From positions 1-59,642 of the IMG/VR virus record IMGVR_UViG_3300037248_000128: a DNA stretch of 59,642 nucleotides; one strand, given 5' to 3'. Shown piece by piece: positions 28,747 through 39,226 of the stretch. The notes below the pieces were generated by a model. The model made no database searches. It was not told where the DNA came from and saw nothing but the letters and a program-made list of their open reading frames with translations. Source of the DNA: a virus (taxonomy: Duplodnaviria > Caudoviricetes). The position numbers and the translations under genes are program-made. The number at the start of each line of letters is the position of its first letter. Positions within the stretch are counted from its first letter, which is position 1.

Positions 28747-30591
28747 TCAGGCCACGAGCAGCGTCGTCGAGGTCAGCGCCGTTCCCGCCAAGTGGCCCGT
28801 GTTCGCCGTCGTCACCGTGCCGTCGCCGTTGTGGTAGTAAGCGAGGCCAGGCGTTAGTCCTGTGAGGTTGGCGCAGACTTGGCCCGGCGGAACGATGGTC
28901 GCCGTACCGCTGGAACTTACGGCAGAGGCGGTGAGGCCGATGGGGCCTTGGCTCAGATTCGATACTGCGGAGATGATGCGCGTGCTTATCGTGTCGTCCA
29001 CGTTCCAAAGAACGGCAAGAACTGTCGTGGAACTAACAGCAAACACCCAGTATTGAATTACGTTATGGGCGATACCCCCCGAGACGACGCCGGCTGTAAC
29101 TTGGAAGACTGTTCCATCCGTGTCGTTGAAGATAAACGATCCCGCGCCAAGAACCGCCAAGGTCATTGGCGAGCGTCCAGCTCCCCCCAGTATGTTATTG
29201 AAGTTCGTCGTACTGCCGTGCGGACTCGTCGTGGGCAGCAACGAGCCCTGCGTGATGGTTGTGCCTGATACAGTGAAGATCGGCGGCGCGTTACCGGGTT
29301 CAATCTGAACCACGGCAAACGTCGTGGCGCTCAATGTGGATAAAGCGGGAGCGCCGATTGACTGGCCACCTTTTTGAAGGGTGACTACGCCGGCATCCAG
29401 CACGGCGCCTAACGTGACGGTCGTGCCAGATATGGACCCCGCCAAAAGGCCCGTGGTGGGCGGCTGCGGATCGCCTGATGTAAAAGCAAGCACGAAACTG
29501 GTCGTGCTTAACAGCACCATCGAGAGTTGCCCATTGACAGAAGCGCCGGGGCTGACGGTGGCTGGCGTGTTCAATGTTATCGTGGCGCCCGATACGCTGG
29601 CGATGACAGCGCCCACGACGGGGGATGCGTCATAGGAAATTAGCGCCTCGCTGGAGGAGATAGGCGCAACATTGACTGATAGTCCACCAGTGACGACGGT
29701 TACTGCCGCACCAAGCGTGATGGTTGTACCTGATACAGTTCCTGCAATAGCATAGGTGTTGGTGTCATTAGAGCCAGTGTAGACGATGATGAAGCTGGTG
29801 GCGCTCAGACTGGCAACGCCGATACAGTTGAAACCATTGGTATTTGTATTGAGGCCCTGTGCCGCATCAACAACCGCAGGCGTTCCGGCGGTGATTGTGC
29901 CGCCTGAGACGGAAGCGGCGACGGCCGTGAGGAATCCGCTGTTGGTCGGATCGTTGTAGGCGCAGACAAAAAGTGAAGCGGAGAGGGCGGCTGCGCTTGG
30001 AGAGCCAAAGGGTATATTTCCGGCGGGTCTCACATTGGCCATGCCGGTCGTCGTGTTCGGCGTTCCGTAGGTGATTGATGTGCCCGACACCGTTCCGACG
30101 ACAGCGCCTATGATCCCCGCGTTCGTGAAAAAGTTGGCCGCACCGTTGCCAGCGAACAGGACGAAGTGGGTAGCATCGAGCTGGAGGTAACTGATTCCTA
30201 CCGCGTCGTACCAAAGCAGGGAGCCAAACGGATTGACGACGCCCGCTACATTCGGAGCCGGCCCCCATGTCTGCACCGCATCTCCTGAGGAATTGACAGA
30301 GACAGAAGTTCCAGCGGCGAGGTTGGTTGCGGCGGTGAGGGTGATGGAGGGCGAGCCGCCGCTGATCGTCAGCGTCGCATCAGGCGTAGAGCCGCCGACC
30401 GTGCCGCCGGTGACAGTGATCTGCTCGACGCCATTGACGGTGTGCGTGCCGTCCGTGAGCGAGAGGTTGCCCAAGCCAAGCAGGCTCGTCGCGTTCGCGT
30501 TCAGGGCCGTCGTGTTGCCGGGCCGCGCAAAGGGGAAAAGGTCGGTTCCTAGCGGCGTAACCGTCGTAGCGGCTGAGATTTTAGTGTTCAC
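28747..30591 (-). CDS. Tail fibre / receptor-binding protein
   Basis: 614 aa, G/T/S-rich; repeated blade-like units (VSGTTITLG); GLTPGLAYY C-terminus; atypical codon use in the centre. Confidence 0.7.
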   Translation of the reverse strand: MNTKISAATTVTPLGTDLFPFARPGNTTALNANATSLLGLGNLSLTDGTHTVNGVEQITVTGGTVGGSTPDATLTISGGSPSITLTAATNLAAGTSVSVNSSGDAVQTWGPAPNVAGVVNPFGSLLWYDAVGISYLQLDATHFVLFAGNGAANFFTNAGIIGAVVGTVSGTSITYGTPNTTTGMANVRPAGNIPFGSPSAAALSASLFVCAYNDPTNSGFLTAVAASVSGGTITAGTPAVVDAAQGLNTNTNGFNCIGVASLSATSFIIVYTGSNDTNTYAIAGTVSGTTITLGAAVTVVTGGLSVNVAPISSSEALISYDASPVVGAVIASVSGATITLNTPATVSPGASVNGQLSMVLLSTTSFVLAFTSGDPQPPTTGLLAGSISGTTVTLGAVLDAGVVTLQKGGQSIGAPALSTLSATTFAVVQIEPGNAPPIFTVSGTTITQGSLLPTTSPHGSTTNFNNILGGAGRSPMTLAVLGAGSFIFNDTDGTVFQVTAGVVSGGIAHNVIQYWVFAVSSTTVLAVLWNVDDTISTRIISAVSNLSQGPIGLTASAVSSSGTATIVPPGQVCANLTGLTPGLAYYHNGDGTVTTANTGHLAGTALTSTTLLVA

Positions 30592-30594
30592 GGC

Positions 30595-30777
30595 CTATCC
30601 CCATTGCCAACTGCCAGAGCCGTCTTCTAGCTCCCAAGTGCCGGATGCGTCTTCGAGCTCTATAAGATTCGGCGTCGGCGGTGGCGGGCCGCTACCGGCA
30701 GAGCCGCCCATGATCAGGCCGAGGCCAAGTCCGCCGGCTTGGTTCTCGGGCCAGAGGGTCTGCTGCTCTGTCGGCAT
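30595..30777 (-). CDS. Small virion-associated protein
   Basis: ELEDASG/ELEDGSG repeat preceding the fibre gene. Confidence 0.55.
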   Translation of the reverse strand: MPTEQQTLWPENQAGGLGLGLIMGGSAGSGPPPPTPNLIELEDASGTWELEDGSGSWQWG

Positions 30778-31425
30778 CTACGGCGCCCACTTACAGGCCA
30801 GCACATCGCTGGACGTGCCTATGACCGAGATGCTGTCAGTACTGCAGAACGTCCCGTTGAATGCTAATGGCCCCGTCCCCGAGGCCAAAATCAGCCCAGC
30901 GCTCGTCAGCGCAGGTGTCGCGCAGCCGTAAGGGTCCAGATCACTGTTGGTGATGAACACGTACGGCGCGCAGGCGTAGCCCGAGCCGCCATCGTCGACA
31001 GTGATCGACGCGACGGTCAGCGCCCCTGGCGATCCGCTCATCACGCAGTGCGCCTCGGCGAGATGCGACGGCGCGGGGCCGTTCGGCTGGTTCAGGCCGA
31101 GATAGGACGTATTCAGCCCGCCCTGCCCGACGCCAGTGCTCGTCTGCGGATAGCCGCCCCCAAGGAACCTCACCACGGGCGGCTTGGTGAAGTTGAACCC
31201 CGCGTTGGTCACGGCGATGCTGCTGACCGCGCCGTTGGTCAGCGTCGCCGTCGCGCGCGCCGAGCCAAACTCGATCGCCATCGAATTCGCGCCGAGGTTC
31301 TGAAGGATCAAGCACGAACGCGCCAACGACTGAGCGAGCACGAGCTGCGCTGAACCGCTGAGCGTCAGCGTCGCGTCGAAAAGGGGGCTGCGGATTTGCT
31401 GGTTCGAACTGCCTACAAGGTTCAT
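30778..31425 (-). CDS. Virion structural protein
   Basis: VSSIAVTNAG/ITVDDGGSGY repeats shared with other tail genes. Confidence 0.7.
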   Translation of the reverse strand: MNLVGSSNQQIRSPLFDATLTLSGSAQLVLAQSLARSCLILQNLGANSMAIEFGSARATATLTNGAVSSIAVTNAGFNFTKPPVVRFLGGGYPQTSTGVGQGGLNTSYLGLNQPNGPAPSHLAEAHCVMSGSPGALTVASITVDDGGSGYACAPYVFITNSDLDPYGCATPALTSAGLILASGTGPLAFNGTFCSTDSISVIGTSSDVLACKWAP

Positions 31426-31625
31426 GTCGCTCTCCCCGCCTTACGGCCGCGGCGCTTGTGGCGGTCCTTGTTTCGACTGACCACAGCGTTTGCGGCGCGG
31501 ATCGCCGCGCCCTCTGATGCCCCGCGCTCAAGCATGGAATTCGAGACGTGAGCAAATTGCCTGCGCTTCTTTGCAGTGTTCGCCTTGCGGGTGAACCGCC
31601 GCGCGTCTGAAGGCTTCCAGGGCAT
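31422..31625 (-). CDS. Small basic protein
   Basis: MPWKPSDARRFTRKA...EGAAIRAANA. Confidence 0.7.
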   Translation of the reverse strand: MPWKPSDARRFTRKANTAKKRRQFAHVSNSMLERGASEGAAIRAANAVVSRNKDRHKRRGRKAGRAT

Positions 31626-33046
31626 CAGGCGGCCTCCTGCCGTTGCTCAGCGCTAGCGACGAGCGCCGACATCCAATCGCCTTCCCAAATCCAGCGGCCC
31701 GCGTGCTGCAACGACACCCACGGGGCCACGAGCACCTTGCCGCCGAGCTGCCGCCAGCGGTGACACATCGCGAAATCTTCAGCCAAGTACCGCTTGTTGA
31801 AGATGATCGGGTTGAAGACGCCGAAGTCGTCTTGGCCATTCGGCCCAGAGAACGCCAAATCCGCGTACGACTGACTCATCCGAACCGCGCAGTGGTGCGA
31901 GATCAGCGTGAACGCCATGCCGACGCCGGTCACTTCGATCAAACCAGCCGAGGCATCCGAGAAGATCGGCATCGTCTGCCCGCGGTCGTCGGCGTTGTTG
32001 ACCGCGAACGACGGGTCCTTGCGGGGATCGGTCTTCCGCGGTCCCGCCGCAGCCACGAAGTCCTTGTTCGCAAGCAGCAAGCGGACGACATCGTGGGGAT
32101 CCCACCCCATGTCGTCGTCGATCATCATCATGTGCGTGTCGGACGAGCGCAGGAACGCGCCGAACAGATGATTGCGCGCCAGTACGATGTCGCTCGAGCC
32201 CGGAAGCTCGCTCCGATGCACCTTGGCGCCGAGACTGCGCAGAAGCTCCATCGTGCCCATCATGGAGGCGACGAACACGCGGTCGTAGCTGCTCGAGCCA
32301 CAAGGAGTCGCGAGCATGATCGAATACGGCGAGAGGTCTGGCCGGCTAAACTCGAGCCCGCTCTTGGCCTGAAGCGCCTGAATCCTCTCGACCGTGGCCG
32401 GGAACTCGTCGCGCTGCCAGCGCTCCCAGACGAGGGTGTCGTGCGCCCAGCTTGAGTTCGTCCGCTTGGCGGTGTCGTCCGTGACTCCCGTCTTCAGCGC
32501 GTGATTGTGTCGAACGACGATGGAGAGGTCGCAGGTCCAGCACTTCGTCGCGCGGCCAAGCATCTCCCAAGCGTCGTCGCTGAACATATGATTTACGCCC
32601 GGCAGGTTCATCCAACCGACCGCTTCAAGCAGCGGCGCCGAGAAGACCCAGCACGTTCCGCCCTTCTCTGGAGCGTTCAGGCGATCGTCGCAGGTCGCGA
32701 ACGACCAGCCGTTCAGATGCGCGATGAGCTTGCGGTCCCAATCTGCGGTTTCGCAGATAGCGTCGTCAGCGAGCCACCCGAACCACGTGGCGTCGGGATG
32801 CGCGTTGCGAAGTTGGTCATACGCCCAATCGGATTTGGAGAGCGCGCCGTCGAGCTCGGTGACCATGATCGACCAGTCGGCGGGCAGGGTCAGTGCGTCG
32901 TAGGCGTCCTTATTCTCAGCGTAGTCTCGGTCGTTGAGCACGAGTACGCCGGGCGTCGAGATGCCCGTCTTGATCGCTGAAGCGAGGAACCGCGGCAGAT
33001 GTGTCGCCACCCGGCCTCTCGTGGGCAAAATCCACCAGCCAGTCAT
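31625..33046 (-). CDS. Two-domain glycosyltransferase-like protein
   Basis: LPTRGR, WLADD, FSDD; second domain ARNHL..F, MIDDDMGW, VGMAFTLI, EDFAMC.RW. Confidence 0.8.
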   Translation of the reverse strand: MTGWWILPTRGRVATHLPRFLASAIKTGISTPGVLVLNDRDYAENKDAYDALTLPADWSIMVTELDGALSKSDWAYDQLRNAHPDATWFGWLADDAICETADWDRKLIAHLNGWSFATCDDRLNAPEKGGTCWVFSAPLLEAVGWMNLPGVNHMFSDDAWEMLGRATKCWTCDLSIVVRHNHALKTGVTDDTAKRTNSSWAHDTLVWERWQRDEFPATVERIQALQAKSGLEFSRPDLSPYSIMLATPCGSSSYDRVFVASMMGTMELLRSLGAKVHRSELPGSSDIVLARNHLFGAFLRSSDTHMMMIDDDMGWDPHDVVRLLLANKDFVAAAGPRKTDPRKDPSFAVNNADDRGQTMPIFSDASAGLIEVTGVGMAFTLISHHCAVRMSQSYADLAFSGPNGQDDFGVFNPIIFNKRYLAEDFAMCHRWRQLGGKVLVAPWVSLQHAGRWIWEGDWMSALVASAEQRQEAA

Positions 33047-33423
33047 TGCCGCTTCCGAACCTCTAGGACCGTAGCCGGGATCACGGTCAGACAGGCGTAC
33101 GCGATCAGCACCAGCAGCGGCATGTACCCCTGTCGCAGCATCGCCATCACGGCGAGGGCGAAGGCACCCAGAAGGGCCACCAGAAGCAGCGCGCGGGCGC
33201 TCAGGGCGAACGCCAAGCCTCCGAAGGCAGCGACGATCACTTCAAGGGTCTCCGCCTTGTACGGCGCCGGCTGCGGGTCAGTCGGCTCCGAAGGCGTCGA
33301 GGGGATCGGCGTCTCCTGCGGGGTCGGGTCCGCTATCGTGTCCATTTGGACGATCTTCGGTCGCGGCCGTTCCTCGACCTCTTCGACCGCCAGCCTCACG
33401 GAGCTGAGATTTGAGTCCGCCAA
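33043..33423 (-). CDS. Membrane protein
   Basis: C-terminal hydrophobic helices; start uncertain. Confidence 0.6.
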   Translation of the reverse strand: MADSNLSSVRLAVEEVEERPRPKIVQMDTIADPTPQETPIPSTPSEPTDPQPAPYKAETLEVIVAAFGGLAFALSARALLLVALLGAFALAVMAMLRQGYMPLLVLIAYACLTVIPATVLEVRKRQ

Positions 33424-33622
33424 ACTTCGAGCCCTCTTTCCCGTCTGGGACGATGCGGGAGCGCATCTCAGCCCACTTCATCGCCGACTCCAGCGCAGCG
33501 ATCCGATCGCGTGCTGAAGGCGGGTCTGCGCCTTCGACGGTAACCTCGCCATCGACTGTCTTCAAGACAGCCACCACGGCCGCGTCGATCGCGGAAATCA
33601 GGGGGTCGTTCTTGGCCATCAC
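33278..33622 (-). CDS. Hypothetical protein
   Basis: GTGA-coupled to the 920-aa gene. Confidence 0.6.
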   Translation of the reverse strand: MMAKNDPLISAIDAAVVAVLKTVDGEVTVEGADPPSARDRIAALESAMKWAEMRSRIVPDGKEGSKFGGLKSQLREAGGRRGRGTAATEDRPNGHDSGPDPAGDADPLDAFGAD

Positions 33623-36381
33623 TTGTTCTCGAGGTCGGCCATTTCGGACAACGCGGACGAGGCGTCGCCAGCGGGCGCGTCATCGGGCGCCCGGGCTTCC
33701 CGCTCAGACGGTCCTCGCATCGGCGCGGTCTTGCCAGCAGTGCCTTCCACGCCGATCTGCGCGAGCGCGATCCGGCGAAGCAATTGCCGGTCGTCCATGT
33801 TCAGATGCGCCGAAGGGTCGATGCCGAGCGTCTTGCCGATGGTCTCCGCGTAGGCTTTCGGGTCGTTCGAACCATCTCCTGCCGGCGCCCAGCGGTCGGT
33901 GATGCCGTAGAGCGTATCGATCCCGTGCTTCGTGTAGTAGGCGTGCAGATTCTCGACCGACGCCTGCAAGCCGTGCTCAGGGGTGTCGAAGACCGCAAAC
34001 CGCCCATTCACGCCCGTCTGGCCGACGTAAGACTTTCCATCCTCGCGCGGCTGAAGGTTCGTCGGATTGTTGTTCTCGAACTCGCCCGTGAGCGGCGCGG
34101 TGACGAACGCGGCGTACTGGGTCGGAACGGGGGTCGGGGCTGGCGCGGCCTGCGCTGCTGGCTGCGACGGCGTGTCGCCGCCCTTCTGGCTGTCGAACTG
34201 ATCGAACGGGTTCGCTTCCTTCGGGCCCTTGTCGGCGTCGTCAGCGGCAGGCCCGCTCTGCGCTCCCTTCCCAGCCGCGACCGAGGCGGGCCAGATTGCC
34301 TTCAGTTCAGGCGGCAATCCCTTGGGTACGTTCCCCTTTTCGGCCGCGTCGGCGATCTCGTGCAAAGTCGCTTCCACGTCCTTTTGCTGCACGGCCCACT
34401 CGGCGATCTGCCGCGCCTCGTCCTCGCCCATGCCGAAGTGGTGACGGGCCAGGAACCGCATTCCCTGAACAACGGCTTGGTGATAGCGCCCGCTGATCAC
34501 GTCGAGGAACGTGCGCGTCGCCGTGTCCTTCACGTCCTGATCAATCATCCGGGTCTGCGAGCCGGTGCGAGAGCCGACGAAGTTAGCCTTGTCGACGCTC
34601 TGCCCGATCAAGTCGACGGCGCGCAGATAGCGGTCCGCGACTTCCTTGCCGAGCAGCTCGGTCAGGTTGGCTTTGGCGTTGTAGCCGGTGGTCAGCACGT
34701 CCTCGAGCCCTTGAGCGCCGCGGCTGCTGGTCCCGAACCGGCTAGAGAGCCGCTCGACGACCGCGTGCTGAAACTCCGCCCGCTGCTCGGGCGTCAAGTC
34801 CTTCAGCATCGCCTTGAACTGCTCCGGCCGCATCGTCGACACGTCCTTGTCGAACTCCGCTTGGCGGATGCGCGTGGAGTAGTCGCGATAGCTGGCGCGG
34901 GCCTCTTGCAGATGCGGCGCCTTGTCCAAGTGCTCGTCGATGGCGTCCATGCGCGAGCGGACCGCCGAAGCATTGTCCATATCGCCTCTGTCGGCGAACT
35001 GAGACGCACGGTCTCGGAGTCGGATGCGAACGCGATCTAGAGCTCCGCCAGATATGGTCGGGGGCTGTGGCTCAGGCGGTACGGGTGCCTGTTTCTCAAT
35101 GGCCGCGAGCACCTGTTGTCGAGCAGCGGGTCCGAGATTTGCTGGAATGGCGTCGACAAGGCTCTGATGCTTTGCCGAATCCGCTTTGTATTTGGCACGC
35201 GCAATGGCGTAGCGGTCGAGCGCGTCGAGCTCATGATACTGCTGCGCGGCTTGGGGGTCGGAGATCATCCGCTCTCGCGCGGTGGCCCGAGCAGAACGAA
35301 TTGCTCTGCCCGACTCGGGGCTATCGAGCGCCTCGAACAGCGATGGCTCTGTCTCAATGGGATGAGAGTAGGGCGTTTGATACTTAGTCTCCGCGAGAGA
35401 ATCTCGCTCCTTCTTGAGCGCCGCGACCCGTTGCTCGGCCGAACCTTGTTTTGTCGAGAGGGCTTCGGTCCGCTGCGTCGCCCGTGCACCGACATCCGCT
35501 CGCGCGCGCCGACGGTGTTCCTCGAGGATCGTGTCGGCATCGCCCGCCCGCGTCGCCGCCGTGCGCACGACGCGCTGTGCGGGCGTTTCCATCACGTCAA
35601 GCAGTCGAGGGTCACCCGCATCGACATCGCGGTGTTCCTGAGCCGCCTGACGGGCTTGGCGAGAGTTTAGCTTGCCTTGGCCGATGAGCCTGCGCGCGGC
35701 GCCAGTACGGGCGGTGTCGGCGGGCGTCGGCGGCTCGCGTACAGGAAGGCGCGCGGTTAGCGGCTCGCTGGCCTGCGGCGGGCCCATGACGGGCTCACCC
35801 TTGGGCCCCGCCAAGTAGAGGTCCGACCAGATGTCCTTTTCCAGATCCTCGACGGACGGGACCTGACCGAAATCTTTGTCTTGCTCCGGGGTTACGTCCT
35901 GCCCGCCCGGCAGAAGCGCGCCAAGGCCACGCTCAGCGACGATCCGGCGCCGACGCTCCTTGTCGGACAGCCGCGCCGCCCTCTGATTCGTCGGCATGGC
36001 TGACAGAAGCGCATGCTCGCCTTCAGCCAGCGGCCTCACGACAGCCGTATGCAGCGGAGCCCCGACGATGGCGGTCATCGGCACGTTCGCCGCGTCCGCC
36101 GCCAGGTGGTAGGCGTCGACATAGATGCCCGCGGCCTCTTTGGCCAACGCGAGCGCGTCCATTGGATCGCCGGTTTTCTGGAACCTCGTCAGAGCGTCGC
36201 TGATGCCTTGCGCGCGAGCGGCTGGCTGTTGGGTTACGTCTTTGCCCAACCGCTGCGCCGCGCTAGCGACATCAGCCCCGTAGGTTGAGCCGAGATAGCC
36301 TGTCACGGGATTTCCCGTGTCCAGACCGCTCGCCGGACCGCTAGGCGCGTCGAATTGGTCGAACGGATTTGCGGCGGGCAT
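33619..36381 (-). CDS. Internal virion/DNA-ejection protein with C-terminal lysozyme-like domain
   Basis: 920 aa helical; NPFDQFD twice; NNNPTNL..FAVFDTPEHGLQA..TLYGITDRWAP. Confidence 0.75.
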   Translation of the reverse strand: MPAANPFDQFDAPSGPASGLDTGNPVTGYLGSTYGADVASAAQRLGKDVTQQPAARAQGISDALTRFQKTGDPMDALALAKEAAGIYVDAYHLAADAANVPMTAIVGAPLHTAVVRPLAEGEHALLSAMPTNQRAARLSDKERRRRIVAERGLGALLPGGQDVTPEQDKDFGQVPSVEDLEKDIWSDLYLAGPKGEPVMGPPQASEPLTARLPVREPPTPADTARTGAARRLIGQGKLNSRQARQAAQEHRDVDAGDPRLLDVMETPAQRVVRTAATRAGDADTILEEHRRRARADVGARATQRTEALSTKQGSAEQRVAALKKERDSLAETKYQTPYSHPIETEPSLFEALDSPESGRAIRSARATARERMISDPQAAQQYHELDALDRYAIARAKYKADSAKHQSLVDAIPANLGPAARQQVLAAIEKQAPVPPEPQPPTISGGALDRVRIRLRDRASQFADRGDMDNASAVRSRMDAIDEHLDKAPHLQEARASYRDYSTRIRQAEFDKDVSTMRPEQFKAMLKDLTPEQRAEFQHAVVERLSSRFGTSSRGAQGLEDVLTTGYNAKANLTELLGKEVADRYLRAVDLIGQSVDKANFVGSRTGSQTRMIDQDVKDTATRTFLDVISGRYHQAVVQGMRFLARHHFGMGEDEARQIAEWAVQQKDVEATLHEIADAAEKGNVPKGLPPELKAIWPASVAAGKGAQSGPAADDADKGPKEANPFDQFDSQKGGDTPSQPAAQAAPAPTPVPTQYAAFVTAPLTGEFENNNPTNLQPREDGKSYVGQTGVNGRFAVFDTPEHGLQASVENLHAYYTKHGIDTLYGITDRWAPAGDGSNDPKAYAETIGKTLGIDPSAHLNMDDRQLLRRIALAQIGVEGTAGKTAPMRGPSEREARAPDDAPAGDASSALSEMADLENK

Positions 36382-37779
36382 CTACTGCCCCAGCACCTTC
36401 GCCGCAGCGCCGGGCCCGTACTTCTGGTCGTATTGATCGCGGAGGTCGGGATGCTGCTTCAGGTGATCGACGGCAGCGGGCGGCGGCGCCTCGTAGTTCT
36501 GCGTCAGAGACGGCACAAGATCGGGGTCGTACTCAGGCGGCGTCAGCACGGACGTATCGGGAATCCCGAGCTTCTCTCCGCGCGCTTGAAGCGCCTCGAT
36601 CTGCTTGTCGTAGGCGGCGTCGATTTCCTTCGCGACCGACCCCGCGATCTGGATCATGTCGTTCGCCATCTTCGGCGAGAGTTGCCCCCCGCCGGCCGCC
36701 ACGCGATTTGCCGCCACCAAGAGCGAGTCGACGTAACTCTTGTGCTCGGTGAGCATCTCCATCTGGAAACCGCGGATCGCACGACCGCCGTTGATGATCT
36801 GCGTGAACGCGTCGGCAAGTGAGGCTTGGCTTACGACGCCCGGAGGCGAGGTGGCGTACTCGTGAATCGTGAACAGCTTTTGCGCCACGGTGTTATAGGC
36901 GGCTCCGACAGTGTTCGGCCGCTGCAGGGCCGCGATCTCGCGGTCTGCCATCGAGGCGACCTCTGACGGCGACCATTCATGAGACGGGGCCAGCCTCGCG
37001 CGGCCCGTCGCAAACGCGTCCAAGCGCTCCTCTGGCGTCGCGTGCGGGTGCTGCTTGTCCCAGTCGGCCATGTACGAGGTGAGCGCATGCTCCTCCTCGG
37101 CCTTGCCTTGGGCGATCTGCGCTTGGCTGACCTTCAGCGCGTAGTCCTCGGTGAAGTTGAAGATCGAGCGGATGTCGCCCGACTGAGCGACTTGTAGCGC
37201 GAGGTCGTTGTGCATCGCGGCCGCGACGCCCTGGAACTTCGCCACGGCCTCACGAACCTGCGCCGCGCCCTCTCGATCGAGAGAATTCGTGCGGCGATCG
37301 ATGCTCGCCAGCGCTTCGTCGTAGGCCTTCTGTTCGAAGTCGGCGGCCTTGACGGCGTTGTCGCTGGCGACCTTCCACGTCTGGAACGCCTGATTCGCCG
37401 CCGCTTGGTCGTTCGCCTGATAGGCTTTGATGACTCCCGCAGCCGCGTTCAGCGCCGTCGTCATCGGTTGACGTGTGAGAAGCCCTCCGAACGCCGCGAT
37501 GAACATCGCAGCCGAGCCCCAGATTTGCTTCGGGTCGGTCGGCTGCACCGTCGGCGGCGGGATGGGCTGGAACTTCGGCGGCGTCAGCTTGCCCGCTTCG
37601 TCCTGAAGCCGCGCCTCGCCAGCCGCGGTTCGGCCCTCGATGCCGGCGATGTCCTGCGATTCCTGGCCCGCCGCGTCGTAAAGCTGGCCCTCCTCGCCCT
37701 TCTCGCGCTTGGCGATGCCAACGATCGCCGAGGAAGCCGACGAAAGAGGATCGGCCGGTGTGAGTTGAGCGTCAGGCAT
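36382..37779 (-). CDS. Internal virion/ejection protein
   Basis: Ala/Gln-rich; C-terminal AVDHLKQHP.LRDQYDQKYG. Confidence 0.7.
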   Translation of the reverse strand: MPDAQLTPADPLSSASSAIVGIAKREKGEEGQLYDAAGQESQDIAGIEGRTAAGEARLQDEAGKLTPPKFQPIPPPTVQPTDPKQIWGSAAMFIAAFGGLLTRQPMTTALNAAAGVIKAYQANDQAAANQAFQTWKVASDNAVKAADFEQKAYDEALASIDRRTNSLDREGAAQVREAVAKFQGVAAAMHNDLALQVAQSGDIRSIFNFTEDYALKVSQAQIAQGKAEEEHALTSYMADWDKQHPHATPEERLDAFATGRARLAPSHEWSPSEVASMADREIAALQRPNTVGAAYNTVAQKLFTIHEYATSPPGVVSQASLADAFTQIINGGRAIRGFQMEMLTEHKSYVDSLLVAANRVAAGGGQLSPKMANDMIQIAGSVAKEIDAAYDKQIEALQARGEKLGIPDTSVLTPPEYDPDLVPSLTQNYEAPPPAAVDHLKQHPDLRDQYDQKYGPGAAAKVLGQ

Positions 37780-39226
37780 TGGGGGTCACCGCGCGGCCCA
37801 TCCCAGCAAGCGCCGTGGCGAAGTTGCCGAACGCTTGGTTCAACTGGTTGTCTTGGTTGATCTGCTCCTGCATCAATTGCACGTAGAGCTGGTCGCCCGC
37901 GTTCGTCTCTTGGACCCCTTGGGCGAACAGTTGCGTGGCGATCTGCGCTTGGGCGGCGACCTTACGCTCCTGCACCGCCTGCTGGTCCTGCGCTTCGGCG
38001 CTTGAGGCGGTCATTCCGCGCGAGGCGTATTCCGAGGCGATGGAAGCGTCGGCGCCCGCCGCCTGCGCGTTCAGCGCCTCTTGCTCCCCAGGGGGTAGCG
38101 TGCCGTTCTCGAGATAGCCGCGGAGCTGCGCGCCCTGTTGGCTGAGCGCACCCGCTTCTGAGCCCAAGATGCCCGAGTACGGCGTCTTTGGCTTGTTCAG
38201 CGCGTCCAGCGCCAAGCCGGCGAGCGGTAGGAACGGGGCGGCCTCTTTCAGGAACCCGCCAACGCCGCCTGTGGATGCAGCCCCAGCCGCCGGGGCGTTG
38301 AGCGTGATGCCCGGATCAAAAGCGCTTACTGGACCTGTCACGGTCGGCGCCGCCGTCGCACTCGGCACGCTAGCCGTGGTGTCGAACGGGACCGGGCCAG
38401 CAACGCTGGACAAATCAGCCGGACCGGCCGCGCCGACATCGCCGCCCGCGCCCACCGTCCCGCTGGTCAGCGACAGCGTGCTCGGCACGCCGACGTTCGT
38501 AGCGCCAGCCGCGCCCGTCCCGACATCGCCCGGAAGCTGCGCGCTTGCAGCGCTGGTCGGAGCAGTGATGTCGCTCGGCGAACTGAGCGCGACAGTCCCC
38601 GTGCCGCCGGTCAGCGTCGGGAAACTCGGCTGCGTCAGCGTCGCGTCGACCGTCGGCGCCGCGATAGCTGACGGCACGCCGCCAACATCGGCGCCCGTCG
38701 CAACGCTTGCCGGCGGCGGAGCAGATACGCTCGGCGACAGTCCGCCCGGAGCGGCAGAGGGACCGCCAGCGGGAGCAGCGCCTCCACCCCCGCTTGGTGT
38801 GGTGAAGCCTGTCACGCCGCCAGCGAGCGCGCCGAACGCAGCGCCTTCCAGCGGGTTCTGGTGCGTAAGCTCGGCACCGAGCGCACCGCCGGCCCCACCG
38901 GCCAGCACGTCGCCCGCCGTGGTCCCCAGGCCCGTCGCAGCGCCGATAGCCGGCCCGAAGCCGCCGATGGCCCCGCCAGTGACAGCGCCGCCCAGCGCGC
39001 CCTCCCAGAGCGGCTCGTGCGTCAGCGCAGCCTCGCCGGTCCCTAGCAGCGCGCCTGTGGCCGCGCCCTCAAGGCCGGTGCCGATGGCTGAAGCGACGCC
39101 AGCCGGCAGCGTCGCGCCGAACAGGGCCGCCGCGTCTGTGGCCGCAGTCGCGCCGAATGTAGCTACAGCCGTACCTGCGGCTTCAAAGCCAGCGATCAAA
39201 CTACCGATGATTGCACTAATTCCGAT
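37772..39226 (-). CDS. Internal virion/ejection (pilot-like) protein; start may be ATC at 39226 or TTG at 39199
   Basis: Gly/Ala-rich N-terminus, Gln-rich C-terminus; AGGAGG 5 nt before ATC. Confidence 0.7.
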   Translation of the reverse strand: MGISAIIGSLIAGFEAAGTAVATFGATAATDAAALFGATLPAGVASAIGTGLEGAATGALLGTGEAALTHEPLWEGALGGAVTGGAIGGFGPAIGAATGLGTTAGDVLAGGAGGALGAELTHQNPLEGAAFGALAGGVTGFTTPSGGGGAAPAGGPSAAPGGLSPSVSAPPPASVATGADVGGVPSAIAAPTVDATLTQPSFPTLTGGTGTVALSSPSDITAPTSAASAQLPGDVGTGAAGATNVGVPSTLSLTSGTVGAGGDVGAAGPADLSSVAGPVPFDTTASVPSATAAPTVTGPVSAFDPGITLNAPAAGAASTGGVGGFLKEAAPFLPLAGLALDALNKPKTPYSGILGSEAGALSQQGAQLRGYLENGTLPPGEQEALNAQAAGADASIASEYASRGMTASSAEAQDQQAVQERKVAAQAQIATQLFAQGVQETNAGDQLYVQLMQEQINQDNQLNQAFGNFATALAGMGRAVTPNA

